Source: an uncultured Acidimicrobiia bacterium
Lineage (GTDB): Bacteria; Actinomycetota; Acidimicrobiia; Acidimicrobiales; SZUA-35
Assembly (NCBI GenBank): GCA_963781035.1
Contig: CAWAEN010000001.1
Location: 35,386-99,385 of the forward strand
Length of the DNA: 64,000 bases
Reading direction: 5' to 3'
Shown here: piece by piece, positions 46,335-58,303 of the stretch
Layout of the letters: the number at the start of each line of letters is the position of its first letter
Position numbering within the stretch: the stretch's first letter is position 1
The notes under the pieces: generated by a model
The model's database searches: none
What the model saw: only the letters and a program-made list of their open reading frames with translations
What the model was told of the DNA's origin: nothing
Program-made: the position numbers and the translations under genes

Positions 46335-47261
46335 ATGGACGTCGACCTCCGCTCTCCCGCGCCGCCCAGGCGGCCTGCCCCGCTTGCCCGGTGGCTACGG
46401 CAGCTGGCAAGGGACGTGGTGCGGGAGTATCTCGACGACGGCATCGGTGACGTCGCCGCTTCGATCACGTTCTGGACGATCCTGTCGGTGCCCGCCGCGG
46501 TGCTGGCACTCGTCAGCGCACTCAGTTCGCTGGAGGCGGTCGTCGGTGTGTCGGTGGCCAACGACGTCGAGACCGAGGTGCAACGGTTCGTCACCGAGAC
46601 CTTCGCCGATTCAGAGACACTGAATGAGACGGTTGCGGAATTGTTCAACTCGTCCAGCGCCGGTGTTGCGACCGTCGCCGCCATCGTGGCCGTGTTCACC
46701 TTGTCCCGGGCGTTTGCCGGGCTCATTCGGGCCCTCGACATCGCCTACGGCGTGGACGATGGACGTCCGTGGTGGTTCGTGCGGATCGTGGCAATCGGTT
46801 TGGGGCTCGGCACCGTGCTGGTCGTGGCTTCCGGGGCCACGCTGCTCGCCGTGCTGCCGTCGTTGCCGTTCGACAGCGCCGTGCGGTTGTTCACCGCGCC
46901 CGGAGTGCTGTTCGTGCTGGTCATCTGGGCGGCGACGGTGTTCCACATCGGGCCGAACCATCGCACACCCTGGCGTTACGACCTTCCAGGTGCGGCGCTC
47001 ACGACGTTCGGGTGGGTCGTCGCGTCGCAGGGTTTCGCCTTCTATGTTCGTGCGTCCGGGCAAGGCAACGACGTGCAGACGGGTGTCGGCGCGATCCTGT
47101 TGGCCTTGAGCCTGATGTACGTGTTGAGCATCGTTCTTCTCGTCGGCGCAGAGCTCAATGACGTGCTCGCCCGACGAGCCGGTGTCGTCCGGCAACCTCG
47201 GTCGGTCACGGCTCGAGCACGAACCTGGCGGGAACGGCTGGCTTCGAACGACGCCGACTGA
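46335..47261 (+). CDS. YihY/BrkB membrane protein
   Basis: AASITF, LDIAY, LPGA, LVGAELN. Confidence 0.9.
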   Translation: MDVDLRSPAPPRRPAPLARWLRQLARDVVREYLDDGIGDVAASITFWTILSVPAAVLALVSALSSLEAVVGVSVANDVETEVQRFVTETFADSETLNETVAELFNSSSAGVATVAAIVAVFTLSRAFAGLIRALDIAYGVDDGRPWWFVRIVAIGLGLGTVLVVASGATLLAVLPSLPFDSAVRLFTAPGVLFVLVIWAATVFHIGPNHRTPWRYDLPGAALTTFGWVVASQGFAFYVRASGQGNDVQTGVGAILLALSLMYVLSIVLLVGAELNDVLARRAGVVRQPRSVTARARTWRERLASNDAD

Positions 47262-47377
47262 ACCTGAGGCGGTCATCCAGTTCACGGTTCATGACGAGGC
47301 TCGATGGGCGCTGCGCCGACTGAACGCACGCACCTTCCCCACCCGACCGCGACCGGCGACGAGTACTGTTCCGTGCC

Positions 47378-48251
47378 GTGAGAACAACGTCGGAATTGCG
47401 TCGACAGATCACGGCCGAGGAGGTGGCGACGTATCACCGCGACGGTGTCGTGCTGCTCCGAAGCATGTTCGACGACGAGTGGATCGACCTGCTGGACGAG
47501 GGCCTCGATACCCAATTGGCGGCTCCGACCGCCCGAGCCCGCGCGTGGGATCGAGATTCCGAGGGTCCGACCATGTTCTGGGACAGCCAGGCGTGGATGG
47601 GCGTCGAGCAGTATCAGCGCTTCGTGTTCGAGTCGCCGGCTGCCGAGATCGCCGGCCGGGTCATGGGCGCCTCGGAGGTCAACTTCTTCTTCGACGCCGT
47701 GTTCGTTCGTTCACCGGGCAGCCAGTTCTCGACGCCGTGGCATCAGGACGAGCCGTACTGGTCGATCGACGGGTACGACAGCTGCACGATCTGGATGCCC
47801 CTGGTGCCCGTCGCGGCGAAGAGCGCGTTGGCGTTCGTGCCGGGGTCACACATCGGCACGCCCGACTGGAACCAGTTCAACTTCGGCGCCCTCAACCCGG
47901 ATGATCACGCCGACGTCGACCAAGTCGACTTCTCGGCCGTCTCCGAGCGGGAGGTGCCGGACATCGACGCCGATCCCGACGCGTTCGGCGTGATCAGTTG
48001 GGCGATGGAGCCCGGCGATTGTGTGGTGTTCAACGGCCGCACGATGCACGGCGGCTCGGGCAAGCTGGACTCGGACGTCGACCTGCGGGTGTTCACCTCG
48101 AAGTGGCTCGGCGACGACGCCCGCGTCATCTTCCGCGAATGCGGCATGGACCCCGATCACAGCGCGATCATGACCGAGTACGGGCTCGAGCCCGGGCGAC
48201 CGCCCCGGCACCGATCTCTATCCCCGAGTCTGGGAGTCGGCTCCCTCGTAG
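47378..48251 (+). CDS. PhyH-family dioxygenase (frameshift near 48200)
   Basis: YHRDGVV, TPWHQD, PGSH, GDCVVF..TMHG. Confidence 0.9.
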
Positions 48252-48262
48252 CCGTCAGTGAA

Positions 48263-48961
48263 TCACGTCGGGGTTGTCCGATCGTGGAGCGCCTGTGCGA
48301 TTTCAGGGCCGACGATGCCCCGGATCTCAGAACGCAAACTGACCGCGACCGGCACCTCGCCGACGTACGCCGAGGGAAGACCGTCGGGCTGGGAATGCTC
48401 CGTGCAGCACCAAGCAAGCTCGTCCGCCTGGTCTCCCCAGTCAGACCGCCGCCATCGCCGCAGCGTCTTCGTGCCATCCTGATCCTCATCAACGCGGATC
48501 GGCACCTGCCAGCAGATCGTGGGACGCCAGTCCATGGGCGACTCGCCCTCGTCCAGCGCAGCGAGGTACAGCGCGCATCCCTCTCCCCCGCTGAAGCCGG
48601 GACGATTGTGGAAGATGCATGCGTCGTCGACGACCCGAGTGGCTTTGCCACCGTCGAGGTTGGTCGGCGCGTCCCGCAGGACGCCATTCGTCGCCGCCTC
48701 GGCATGGTTCTCGAATCGAGCTGGATCGAGCGTCAGACCGAGCGCCTCGATCCGCATCGCCTCGTCGTCGCCGAGCAGGTGAGCGCCCTCGCTGCAACAA
48801 CCCTGTGCCAGCTCGGGAGCCGGCACATCGAGAATGCCCTGGCATCCGTTGCCCCACAGGCATTGCCAGTTCGAATCGGTGAAGGCCACGTCGATTCGCC
48901 AGCGTGTGCCGTCCACGGGATCGGTGAACTCCTCGAATCGTTCCGCTCGATGGGAAGACAC
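48263..48961 (-). CDS. Cys-rich conserved actinobacterial protein (DUF3109-like)
   Basis: WQCLWGNGCQG, GCCSEGA, ACIF, GCAL, WCC. Confidence 0.7.
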   Translation of the reverse strand: MSSHRAERFEEFTDPVDGTRWRIDVAFTDSNWQCLWGNGCQGILDVPAPELAQGCCSEGAHLLGDDEAMRIEALGLTLDPARFENHAEAATNGVLRDAPTNLDGGKATRVVDDACIFHNRPGFSGGEGCALYLAALDEGESPMDWRPTICWQVPIRVDEDQDGTKTLRRWRRSDWGDQADELAWCCTEHSQPDGLPSAYVGEVPVAVSLRSEIRGIVGPEIAQALHDRTTPT

Positions 48962-49281
48962 TGGTGTCGACTATACGAGAACGTTGTGGGAGCCGTCACT
49001 CGGTCGGCGGCTCGGAGGCGGCGATCGGGACGCGGATGTCGTCGAGTCCGCTGGACTGTGAATCGAGCATTTCGACATCGCCGAGAGCGACGGCTTCGTC
49101 TTGTCAGTCATGGCGTCATTGAGTCTCGAACGTCATCGGTCATGCGCCCACCCTGCCACATCCTTCTGGCACGGCTAAGGACGCGATCGGGCTGGTTGTC
49201 GAATCAAGACCTGAACCGCAGGCCGGTTTTGGCCAGTGCTCGGTGCGTGACCATTGTCACCGCGCACCAAGGAGAATCGTC

Positions 49282-50848
49282 ATGTTCACAATGGCCGACG
49301 TCACCCGCACGCACGCCGCGCAGCGCCCCGACAAGACCAGCGCTGATCTGTGACGACCGAACGTTGACGTACGGCGAGCTCGACACCGAGAGCTGTCGAG
49401 TCGCGAACGCGCTTATCGATGTCCGGCGTGACACCGCAGGATCGTGTCGGCTTCATCGGCAAGAACATCCCCGAGTACTTCACGCTGATCTACGGCGCAG
49501 CGAAGGTGAACGCCGTCACCGTGGCGGTCAACTGGCGGCTGCGCCACCCGAGATGGCGTACATCCTCGACAACGCCGAGGCCAAGGTGGTGGTCGTCGAA
49601 GGCCGAGTTCCTCGACCATCTCGCCAAGATGGAGCTGCCCAGCAATCCGCTGATCATCGTGGTGGTGGCGACAGCGACCAACGTGTCATACACCGATTGG
49701 ATCGACGGTCGAGTCGACCGACGATCCGAACTACCCGACCGAACTCGATGACACCGGCGTGCCAGCTCTACACGTCCGGCACCACCGGGCTGCCGAAGGG
49801 CGCCGAGCTCAGCAACCGAAACTTCGAGGCGATCATCGAACCGATCAGCGAGATGATCGGGATGACGTCGGACAGCGTGGTGCTGCACGTGCTGCCGCTG
49901 TTCCACATCGGCGGCAGCGGGGTCGCGAACGTCGGGCTGTCCAACGGCGCCACCAACGTCGTGCACCGCGACGTCGACCCGGCCGGATCTTCGCCGACAT
50001 CCCGGCTACAAGGTCACCACCGGCTTCATGGTGCCGGCGCTCCTCCAGGTCCTGCCGATGATTCCCGGCGCATCCGACGTCGACTTCTCGTCGCTGCAGA
50101 CGATCTTCTACGGCGCGTCACCGATCACCGAGGAGGTGCTCGTCGCGTCGATGGCGCTGCTGAAGTGCCCGCACGCCCAGGCCTACGGACTCACCGAGAC
50201 CACCGGCGTCGTCACCTGGCTGCCGCCGGAAGATCACGATCCGGGTGGCCCACGAGCGAAGCTGCTGCGGTCGGCCGGCAACGCCGGTCGCCGGTGTCGA
50301 GCTGCGCATCGTCGACGACGACGGCAACGATCTGCCGCGACGGCGAGGTCGGTGAGATCTGGGCCCGGACCGCGCAGAACATGAAGGGCTACTGGCGCAA
50401 TCCCGAGGCCACCGACGAGGTCTTCCCCGAAGGGCGCGACGCCGACGGCCTCGGCTGGTTCCGCACCGGCGACGCCGGCTACATGGAGGACGGCTACCTG
50501 TTCATCCACGACCGGGTGAAGGACATGATCGTCTCGGGCGGCGAGAACGTCTACCCGGCCGAGATCGAGAACGCGATCATGTCCCACCCCGGCGTCGCCG
50601 ACGTTGCCGTCATCGGCATCCCGAGCGACCGGTGGGGCGAGTCGCCGCTCGCGCTGATCGTCCCCGCCGAGGGCGCCGACCCGACGCAGGAGGAGATCAT
50701 CGCCCACTGCGCGGAACGGCTCGCCCGCTTCAAGCTGCCGACGGCAGTCGAACGCATCGACGCGATCCCGCGCAACCCGTCCGGCAAGATCCTCAAGGTC
50801 GAACTGCGCAAGCCGTACTGGGAAGGCCGCGACCGAGCCGTCAACTGA
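49282..50848 (+). CDS. Long-chain acyl-CoA ligase (frameshifted)
   Basis: YTSGTTGLPKG, YGLTE, TGDAG, SGGENVYP, GKILK. Confidence 0.93.
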
Positions 50849-51054
50849 TCACGCGTACGAGCGCACCGTGGAGAGCCTTCATCGCCGGCTGGCGGTGCCA
50901 GATGGATCGGACCACCGCACTGGCCAATGCTCGACATCGGCGCCGAGGGGATTCCTTTGCGACATCGCTGGTTGAGTCGCCCCTCTTGACCTAGGTTGCG
51001 AAGAAGCACGACGGCAGCCGAATGCGTTGCCGTCTCCAAGAGAGGGACCTCATC

Positions 51055-51813
51055 ATGAACACCCCAGCACGTTCGCATCGTCGCGTCGTCTTTGGCTGCT
51101 TGGCAGCTGGAGCAGCGCTCGCTCTGGTCGCCGCCTCCCCCGCAGCGGCTCAAGACCCCGAAGAATTCCGGGGGACCTTCGGCCAGCTCAACGGTTCGGG
51201 ACTCAGCGGTGAGGTGAGTGTGACACTCACCGGCACCAGCGCCGAAGTCACCCTGAACGTTGACGGCGTGGTCGATTTGGTACATGCGCAGCACTTCCAC
51301 GGCGAATACGGGGTCGAGAACACGTGTCCGACCGACGCCCTCGACGTCGACGGTGACGGACTCGTGAGCACGGTGGAGGGAGTTCCCTCGTATGGCGCGG
51401 TGAAGGCCTCGTTGGTGACGGAAGGTCCGACGGATGAATCGTATGCGCTCGCCATATCCAGCTTCCCCGTCGCCAGCGGCGGCAGCTACGACTACACCCG
51501 CACCATCGAGGTGCCACAGGAACTCGCCGACAACATGGAGAACATGATCGTTGTCGTGCACGGGATCGATCTCGACGACAGCGGCGAGTACGACGGTGAC
51601 GCGCCGAGCTCCCTCGACGCATCACTGCCACTCGAAGCCACGATTCCCGCTGGTTGCGCCACGATGGTCGCCGCCGGTATGACGCCGACCGGGTCGGTGG
51701 CTGCAGGAGCCGGCGGCACAGCTGCAGATGGCTCCTCTGCTCCACTATGGGTCGTCGCCGCAGGGCTTGGCACTCTCGCATTGGCGACGGGTGTGCGTCG
51801 CCGCAAGGCGTGA
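51055..51813 (+). CDS. Secreted protein with sortase-F-type sorting signal
   Basis: Signal peptide; HAQHFHG, DVDGDG, VVHGID; PTGSVAAGAGG + TM + RRRK. Confidence 0.8.
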   Translation: MNTPARSHRRVVFGCLAAGAALALVAASPAAAQDPEEFRGTFGQLNGSGLSGEVSVTLTGTSAEVTLNVDGVVDLVHAQHFHGEYGVENTCPTDALDVDGDGLVSTVEGVPSYGAVKASLVTEGPTDESYALAISSFPVASGGSYDYTRTIEVPQELADNMENMIVVVHGIDLDDSGEYDGDAPSSLDASLPLEATIPAGCATMVAAGMTPTGSVAAGAGGTAADGSSAPLWVVAAGLGTLALATGVRRRKA

Positions 51814-52480
51814 TCCCATCTGCTCGCCGCCGGGCGGCCGTCTCGATTTTCGTGGCGGCCGGCCTGTGTGCAGCCGGATGTTCGACAACGGATCGGACAG
51901 CGGCGGTTGAGGGCGCCGGCAACGGTGCCGTCGCCTCAGCCGACCGACAACGATGAGGGACTCGGGCTCACAGCCGAAGTCGCAGGGGCCGCGTCCCTCT
52001 CCCACCGCTGGGTCAGGCACCTCGGTGTCAAGGCCAGTGGTCTCACCCCCGCGCCAGGTCGTGATCCCCTCGATCGATGTCGACGCTCCGATCATCGATC
52101 TCGGCCTCACCGCAGAGGGGGCCCTCGAGACGCCGACCGACTTCGACACGGCAGGGTGGTGGGCCGGTGGGACCGTCGCCGCCGAAGTGGGGCCGACCGT
52201 CATCGTCGGACACGTCGACGACACCAACGGACCTGCGGTCTTCTTCCGACTGCAGGAGCTGGAGCCGGGCGACTCGATCATCGTGATCGATGACCTCGGT
52301 CGCGAGCAGACCTTCGCGGTTGTCGACAAGGGTCTCTATGACAAGACTTCGTTCCCGACCGAGCGGGTGTACGGAGCGAGTGGCACCCCCACGCTTCGGC
52401 TGGTGAGCTGTGGCGGCGAGTTCGACCGTTCCGAGCGAAGCTATGAGTCCAACTGGGTGGTCTACGCCGTTTCCGCGTGA
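51810..52480 (+). CDS. Class F sortase (frameshift near 51950)
   Basis: GTGA overlap; lipobox-like AAGC; GHVD, LVSCGG, YESNWVV. Confidence 0.9.
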
Positions 52481-52498
52481 GCTGAGTTCATCGAGCGC

Positions 52499-52921
52499 CT
52501 ATTCGTCGATCCACGGCCCGACCCCACTGATGCGATCGACCGACACTCGAATGACGACGCAGTCCGGCGAGTCGCGCAGGGCGAGCGGGTGCCGACGAAG
52601 GCCGATGTATTTCGCCGCGAGCCGATCCATCAGGTCGGGGTCGGGACCGGGCTCGAGCGTGGCTGTGCCCCGGATCACCAGGTGTCGCTGGAATCCTCGT
52701 TCGTTTCTCTCGGTGTCCTCGATCGACAGAATGATTCGCGGATCGAGGGCCAGATTTCGGCATTTGACGCTCTTGGCGTCGGAACCGAACACGACATCGT
52801 CATCCTGAGCGATCACCCAGACAACAGACACTTGCGGGGACCCATCCGGGTTGGACGTCCAAACGTGAGCTACGGCGTCCGTGCCGAGCAGGGTCTGGAC
52901 CTGGGCCGGGATCGACACCAT
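52499..52921 (-). CDS. PPOX-class F420-dependent oxidoreductase
   Basis: NPDGSPQVSVVW, KCRNLALDPRI. Confidence 0.88.
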   Translation of the reverse strand: MVSIPAQVQTLLGTDAVAHVWTSNPDGSPQVSVVWVIAQDDDVVFGSDAKSVKCRNLALDPRIILSIEDTERNERGFQRHLVIRGTATLEPGPDPDLMDRLAAKYIGLRRHPLALRDSPDCVVIRVSVDRISGVGPWIDE

Positions 52922-53095
52922 GACTGACCTCCTCGTTGACTCGCCACCCTAGAACAGACGCCTCGGCCGCACCGGAGAAGTGCTGGACCCCGATGACAAC
53001 GAATTCTGTGTGTTGAGCCCCCGATGACAAGCTCGAGCACGTGCTCGGCTCGATGCCCCGAGCGTCCCGCGGACGGGGCCGGTTTGCGCTCGCTC

Positions 53096-54052
53096 TCAGA
53101 GTGTCGGCTCAGTAGTCGACGAGCGACGTCGCCGATCGAGCGCTTCGAGCGCCGCTCCCCAGGAGAGTATGTAGCCGGCACCTCCATGACCGTAGTTGTG
53201 GACGACCGGCCGCCCATTGGAATCGAGGTCTGCTTCCACCCTCACGCTCGATCGGCCCGGCCGCAGACCCACCCGAACATCGATGGGCTCGAGCCCTTCG
53301 ATCCTCGGATCCAAACGGGTGCAGTCTGCGATGATCCGGTCGGTCAGCGCAGAGTCCGGAGCCGTTACCGACGAACCCACGTGACGCAACCCGCCGAGCA
53401 CGACCTCTCGGGACCGCGGGTACACGTAGGCGACACGGCCGGGATCCGACTCGTCTGCGACGCCATCGCTGATGCCGGGGTTGGCGATCGCCACCACCTG
53501 ACCCCGAATCGGATACAACGAATCGTCGCCGGCGAGGACGGATGCTCCGAGACCCGAGCAATTCACCACGACGTCCCCGTCGACGTGTTCGAGCCGGTCG
53601 AGTTCGACGATGGTGACCTCGCCTCCCAGCCGGCAGAGCCGGTCGGTGAGCCACGGCAGGTAGATCGGCGGCTCGATCATGTACCCGTCGATCTCGAGCC
53701 CGGCGGCATAGCCGAGCGGCAGCTCGTCGGGTAGGAGTCGACGCACGAACGGCTGGCCCTCCCACCAGGTCGGTCCGGGGTCTACACGCTCGAGCTCGCG
53801 CTGACGCAAGGGAACCACGCCACTTCCGATCTCCTCGGCAAACGCGGCGAAACGCAACCGGCTGGCCAAGGCCCAGCGCCGAGTGGCCTCCCGGGGCGAG
53901 GCGTCGGTCACCGTCCAAATGGCGGCTGCGACCGTCGAGACCGTGGATTCGTGCGTCTCTCGGGCGACCACGCTCACCTCCCAACCCGCTTCCAAGAACA
54001 CCACGGCAGTGGTCAAACCCGAGACGCCGGCTCCCACGATCGTTGTATGCAT
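53096..54052 (-). CDS. D-amino-acid oxidase family
   Basis: VGAGVSGLTTA, VNCSGLG, RGQ, GLRP, HNYGHGGAG. Confidence 0.92.
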   Translation of the reverse strand: MHTTIVGAGVSGLTTAVVFLEAGWEVSVVARETHESTVSTVAAAIWTVTDASPREATRRWALASRLRFAAFAEEIGSGVVPLRQRELERVDPGPTWWEGQPFVRRLLPDELPLGYAAGLEIDGYMIEPPIYLPWLTDRLCRLGGEVTIVELDRLEHVDGDVVVNCSGLGASVLAGDDSLYPIRGQVVAIANPGISDGVADESDPGRVAYVYPRSREVVLGGLRHVGSSVTAPDSALTDRIIADCTRLDPRIEGLEPIDVRVGLRPGRSSVRVEADLDSNGRPVVHNYGHGGAGYILSWGAALEALDRRRRSSTTEPTL

Positions 54053-54219
54053 TGCGCCTGATCGTAGAGCCGCCACTCGGTAGGTCGCAGACGGCGCAGT
54101 GGGCCCGAGGCACTTCGAGATCATCCGACACCCCTGCTACCGTCGATCGAGTCGTGGGAACCGATCCGACACGACCGCGACGCACCTTCCACCGACAATC
54201 TCTGCCACCGAGGAGACCG

Positions 54220-55541
54220 ATGACCAACACCGTCGAGGAGAACACCTTCTTCGACCCCAACATCCGCACGCCCGAGATGGAGATGGCCGAGACCGGCGGA
54301 GGCGTGCCTGCGGCTGCCGACCTCGACATCGCCGACATCAACCCGGCCAACCCCCACCTGTTCAAGGAAGACCGCTGGCAGGACCACTTCGCCCGCCTCC
54401 GCGCCGAAGACCCGGTGCACTTCAACGAGCTCGAGACGGCGGGGCGCTATCTGGTCGGTCACCAGGTACGACGACGTGCGTGCCGTCGACGGCGACTGGG
54501 ACGACCTATTCGTCGGCGAAGGGCATCACCCTCGGCATCGCCGAGATCGCAACGGGCGAGGTCGAGCTCTCCACCACGTCTCACGCCGTTCATCGCGATG
54601 GACCCGCCCACGCACACCGCAGCAGCGCAAGACCGTGCGCAGCGTCTCGGCCCCGAGCAACCTCCGCAACATCGAGCCGATGATCCGCGAGCGCACGGCT
54701 GAGCTGCTCGACTCGCTCCCCGAGGGCGAGACGTTCGACTGGGTCGACACCGTGTCGGTCGAGCTCACCACGCTCATGCTCGCGACCCTCTTCGACTTCC
54801 CCATGGACGACCGCCGCAAGCTGACCCGCTGGTCCGACATCGTGTTCGCCGTCCCCGAGCCGGGCGGCATCGTCGAGACCCAGCAGCAGAAGATCGACGA
54901 GCTGATGGAGTGCGTCGCGTACTTCTCCGAACCTCTGGAACGAGCGCCGGGGCGGCGACGGGTTCGACCTCGTCACGATGCTGGCCAACGGCGAGGACAC
55001 CAAGGACATGACCCCGATGGAGCAGCTCGGCAACCTCCTGCTGCTGATCGTCGGCGGCAACGACACGACCCGCAACACCATGTCGGGCAGCGTCTCGGGC
55101 TCAACGAGAACCCCGAGCAGTACGAGAAGCTCAAGGCCGACCCCGGCCTGATCCCGAACATGGTGACCGAGATCATCCGCTGGCAGACGCCGCTCTCGCA
55201 CATGCGCCGCACGGCGACCAGGGACACCGAGCTCGGCGGCAAGCAGATCAAGGAACGACCAGGTCGTGATGTGGTACGTCTCGGCCAACCGCGACGAGGA
55301 CGTCTTCGAGAACGCCCACGAGCTCGACATCGATCGCCAGAACGCCGACCAGCACCTGTCGTTCGGCTGCGGCATCCACTTCTGCATGGGCAGCCGCCTC
55401 GCCGAGCTGCAGCTGCGCGTGCTCTGGGAGGAGATCCTGCAGCGCTTCGATCGCATCGACGTGCAGGAGGAGCCAGAACGCGTCTTCTCGTCGTTCGTCC
55501 ACGGCTACACGAAGCTGCCCGTCACCGTCACTCGTCGGTGA
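54220..55541 (+). CDS. Cytochrome P450 (CYP153-like; frameshifted)
   Basis: [27 protein letters not shown]. Confidence 0.92.
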
Positions 55542-55721
55542 GACTGACCTCGTCAGGGATACCGAGCCCCGCAGCGTTGCGCCGAAGCCTCGGCGCACCC
55601 GTCGGGCCCACTACGACTGCTACCTCGTGACCGGCACCCTCCAGAATGCAGGCGACGAGTTCGTCGATGGCGATGTCAGGCAGTCCGAGCACGTCGACAT
55701 CGCAGATTGACCGCGTGCCCG

Positions 55722-57111
55722 CTACGGCTTGGTCTCTTCGGTTCCGGTGGCGGTCGTGGGTTCGTCGTCCACGTACAGCCGTAGCTTGAACCAGTCGACC
55801 TCGACCCAGTGGGAGCTCGTGCTCAGGCCCGACAAGAGCGGTCCGATGCGTACCGGATCGGAGAGACCGCTCGTGAAGTTCACGTTGGTCCCGACCTCGC
55901 CCCAGGTCATGCCGTCAGCAGAGTTGAATGCTCTCGATGAGTCGCCGACCCGGGTGACGCGGTTGTAGTCGTATCGCTGACCCAGCTGCTCGGCCGTCGC
56001 GCCTCCGGTGGCCGACCGGTAGGAGTTGGTCGATCCGGCGCTGGTGTGGACCTCTGACATGTTGCGGTTCACGGAGATGTCGCTCGAGGAGTCACGCAGG
56101 TGGACACCGCCGTACTTCGACCAGCCCCCGTGGGTGCCGCCGATGGTGGTCGTGAAGGACTCGGCGAGGAAGTCGCCCGAGACGTCGCGAGCCAGGTGGT
56201 AGAGGTCGTCGGAGGTGCCCCAGATGTCACCGGTGTTGGTCGCCGAGATCCTGACCACGGTTCCGCTCTCGGCTCACCGTGCCGCCGGCCACCGTGCCGA
56301 TGGCGTCCAGGTTCCAACCGGTGCCGAGGGTCGCGTCGTCGAAGTCGTCCCAGACCGCATACACCGCCGTCTTGTCCGCGGGTGGACTCGCGGCGACGGG
56401 GTTGTCGTAGTAGAGGTAGTAGTCGGCGTCATCGGAGCCGACTGCGATGTCCGCCTGGAGCGAGAACCACACGGTCGTGTCGACAACTCCCCAGCCGGAC
56501 CCCTCCTGGAGCACGCGGTCGAGCTCCGACCACGTGCAGTCACTCCCCTCCAAGCGCAGGACTCGTAGGTCGTCCCCGCTGGGGAGCGACTTGCCGTCGG
56601 CCACCAGTTGCGCGTGGTCGACGGCCACACTGACCGAATAGCCAGTGGTCACGCTGTCGGAGCCGGTGCTGACACTGAAGCGGGCTCGATGCTCATACGC
56701 CGCATCCCACCAGGTGGGGAAAGGGCAGCAGACCACCTCGCTACTCTTCGCACTCTCCCAGGCGCCGACAAAGGCTTGCACGACGTAGTAGTAGGTGGAT
56801 GTTGGTGGGCCGTCGGAGTAGGTCACTGTCGACCGCGGCGTCACCTCGCCGATCTGGGTGTACGGCCCGCCGGATGTGGTTGATCGGAATGTGCGATGAC
56901 CAGACGCGTAGGTGTCGGGTGTCGCCGTCCACTCGAGGTCATTCGCTGCGCCGCACGCAGCAGTCAGGCCGGTCGGCGCTTCGAGGATGTCGCCGGTGAA
57001 CTCGCTGCCCTCGTTGCTGCTGGGATTGGTGAAGTTTGCGCCCGCCGTTGGCAGCGCAACCGGGAAGAGGAGCAACGCGGCCACCAGCAAGGTTCTCGCA
57101 TGGATCCTCAT
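55722..57111 (-). CDS. SipW-type signal protein with FN3-like, DUF2341-like and lectin-like regions (frameshift near 56270)
   Basis: TAGANFTN signal end; WWDAAY, DDLRV, YYLYYDNP, WDDFDD; DIWGTSDD. Confidence 0.7.
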
Positions 57112-57681
57112 GAGGGAACTTCGACCTCCGAGGGTGGTGTCGTGTGCCAGGGGTCGTATCGAGGTTCGACGGCGAACTGTGCCAACCACAGGGCCAGCGC
57201 CGTCGACCGCCACGGTCAGAACGAGCTGTGGCCACTGGCCTTGAGCGGCCCAGACTCGAGGAAGCCCGACAAAGGGAACGATCCACCGGGCCCTGCCACG
57301 CATGTTCTCCGCCGGAACCAGTGCGTCGGTGACAGCTGCGGCGTCGCCCTTGGTGACGTAGGAGCCGTCCTCGTTCTGAGAGACGACACGATGAGTGACG
57401 AGGCTCGGGTTGCTCGGGTCGCGCGGGTCCTCGTAGACAACGACGGTGTCGGGGGCGATCTCTGTGCCATCGTGCTCGACGCTGACGACCACGTCACCGA
57501 TGCGAAGCGCTGGCATCATTGATCCCGAGGTGATCGAGGCGGCACTGTGTCCCGGAACGATCATCGGGACGACGGTCATCACCGTCAGCCCACCAAATGT
57601 CATCAGTGCGGCGAGAGCGACGAGACCGCTGTAGAACAGCGCAACGTCGCTGCGACTGGCGGGACTTGGCATGACCGTCAT
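57108..57681 (-). CDS. sipW: SipW-type signal peptidase I (frameshift near 57200)
   Basis: SGSMMP..GD, VTHRV, TKGD; TGA overlapping the next ATG. Confidence 0.85.
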
Positions 57682-57712
57682 CGCGTCTCCGACCGTGATC
57701 CCTGCGTGGCTG

Positions 57713-58303
57713 CTAGTTATTCGTTGCGAGCCACTCGAACTCCACGCCGTCGACCCTGCTGTTCTGGGTCGAGTTGGGAGCGCCCGAATCGAGGGTGACG
57801 GTGATCTCGTAGTAGCGACTCTCGTCTGTGCCGGGCACTGCCGGCTGCCAAGCCGCCTCGGTGATCCCCGGAGCGGACAAGGTCCCGCTCGCAACGGCGA
57901 CCGGCGCGCCGTCGACGCACGTCGGAGACGTGTGTCGATCGATCGTGAGATTCATCTCGGCGCCGATTGCGTTTTCGTTCACTCCGCTGATCGTGGCCGA
58001 GTCCAACAGGATGTCCGCGTCCACCGACCCCTCGTAGATCACTTCGAAGCAGACGGTGTTGCTGTCGCCGGGAACCATGTCGCTGATGGTGAACAGGGCA
58101 GACCCGGTCTCGTCAAAGGTCGGAGAGGCTCCATCGGCGGTTGCGGCTTCGTTGACGAGGATCAGGCTCCCGGAGGTCCATGCATTTGCATCATTCGACG
58201 TGGGGTTGGTGAAGAGAGCCCGCGAGGTACCCATCACCATCAAGAAGGCCATGAGCATCCCTCCGGCGATGGCGGCAGATCTGAGCGTGGTGGTACGAGA
58301 CAT
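57713..58303 (-). CDS. TasA/CalY-like fibre subunit
   Basis: Signal ending GTSRALFTN..N.WTSGSL; MVPGDS; C-terminal Q..FEWLA; adjacent to sipW. Confidence 0.75.
   Translation of the reverse strand: MSRTTTLRSAAIAGGMLMAFLMVMGTSRALFTNPTSNDANAWTSGSLILVNEAATADGASPTFDETGSALFTISDMVPGDSNTVCFEVIYEGSVDADILLDSATISGVNENAIGAEMNLTIDRHTSPTCVDGAPVAVASGTLSAPGITEAAWQPAVPGTDESRYYEITVTLDSGAPNSTQNSRVDGVEFEWLATNN

Noticed and set aside
47378..50848. 1156-aa PhyH/acyl-CoA ligase fusion ORF
   Set aside because: Artefact: indels join PhyH, the antisense of 48263..48961 and the ligase C-terminus; the ligase has its own RBS and ATG at 49282
56227..57894. SipW fused to its substrate
   Set aside because: An alternative frame ends EVEVPS-TGA overlapping the ATG at 57111, which has its own signal peptide; one indel explains the read-through
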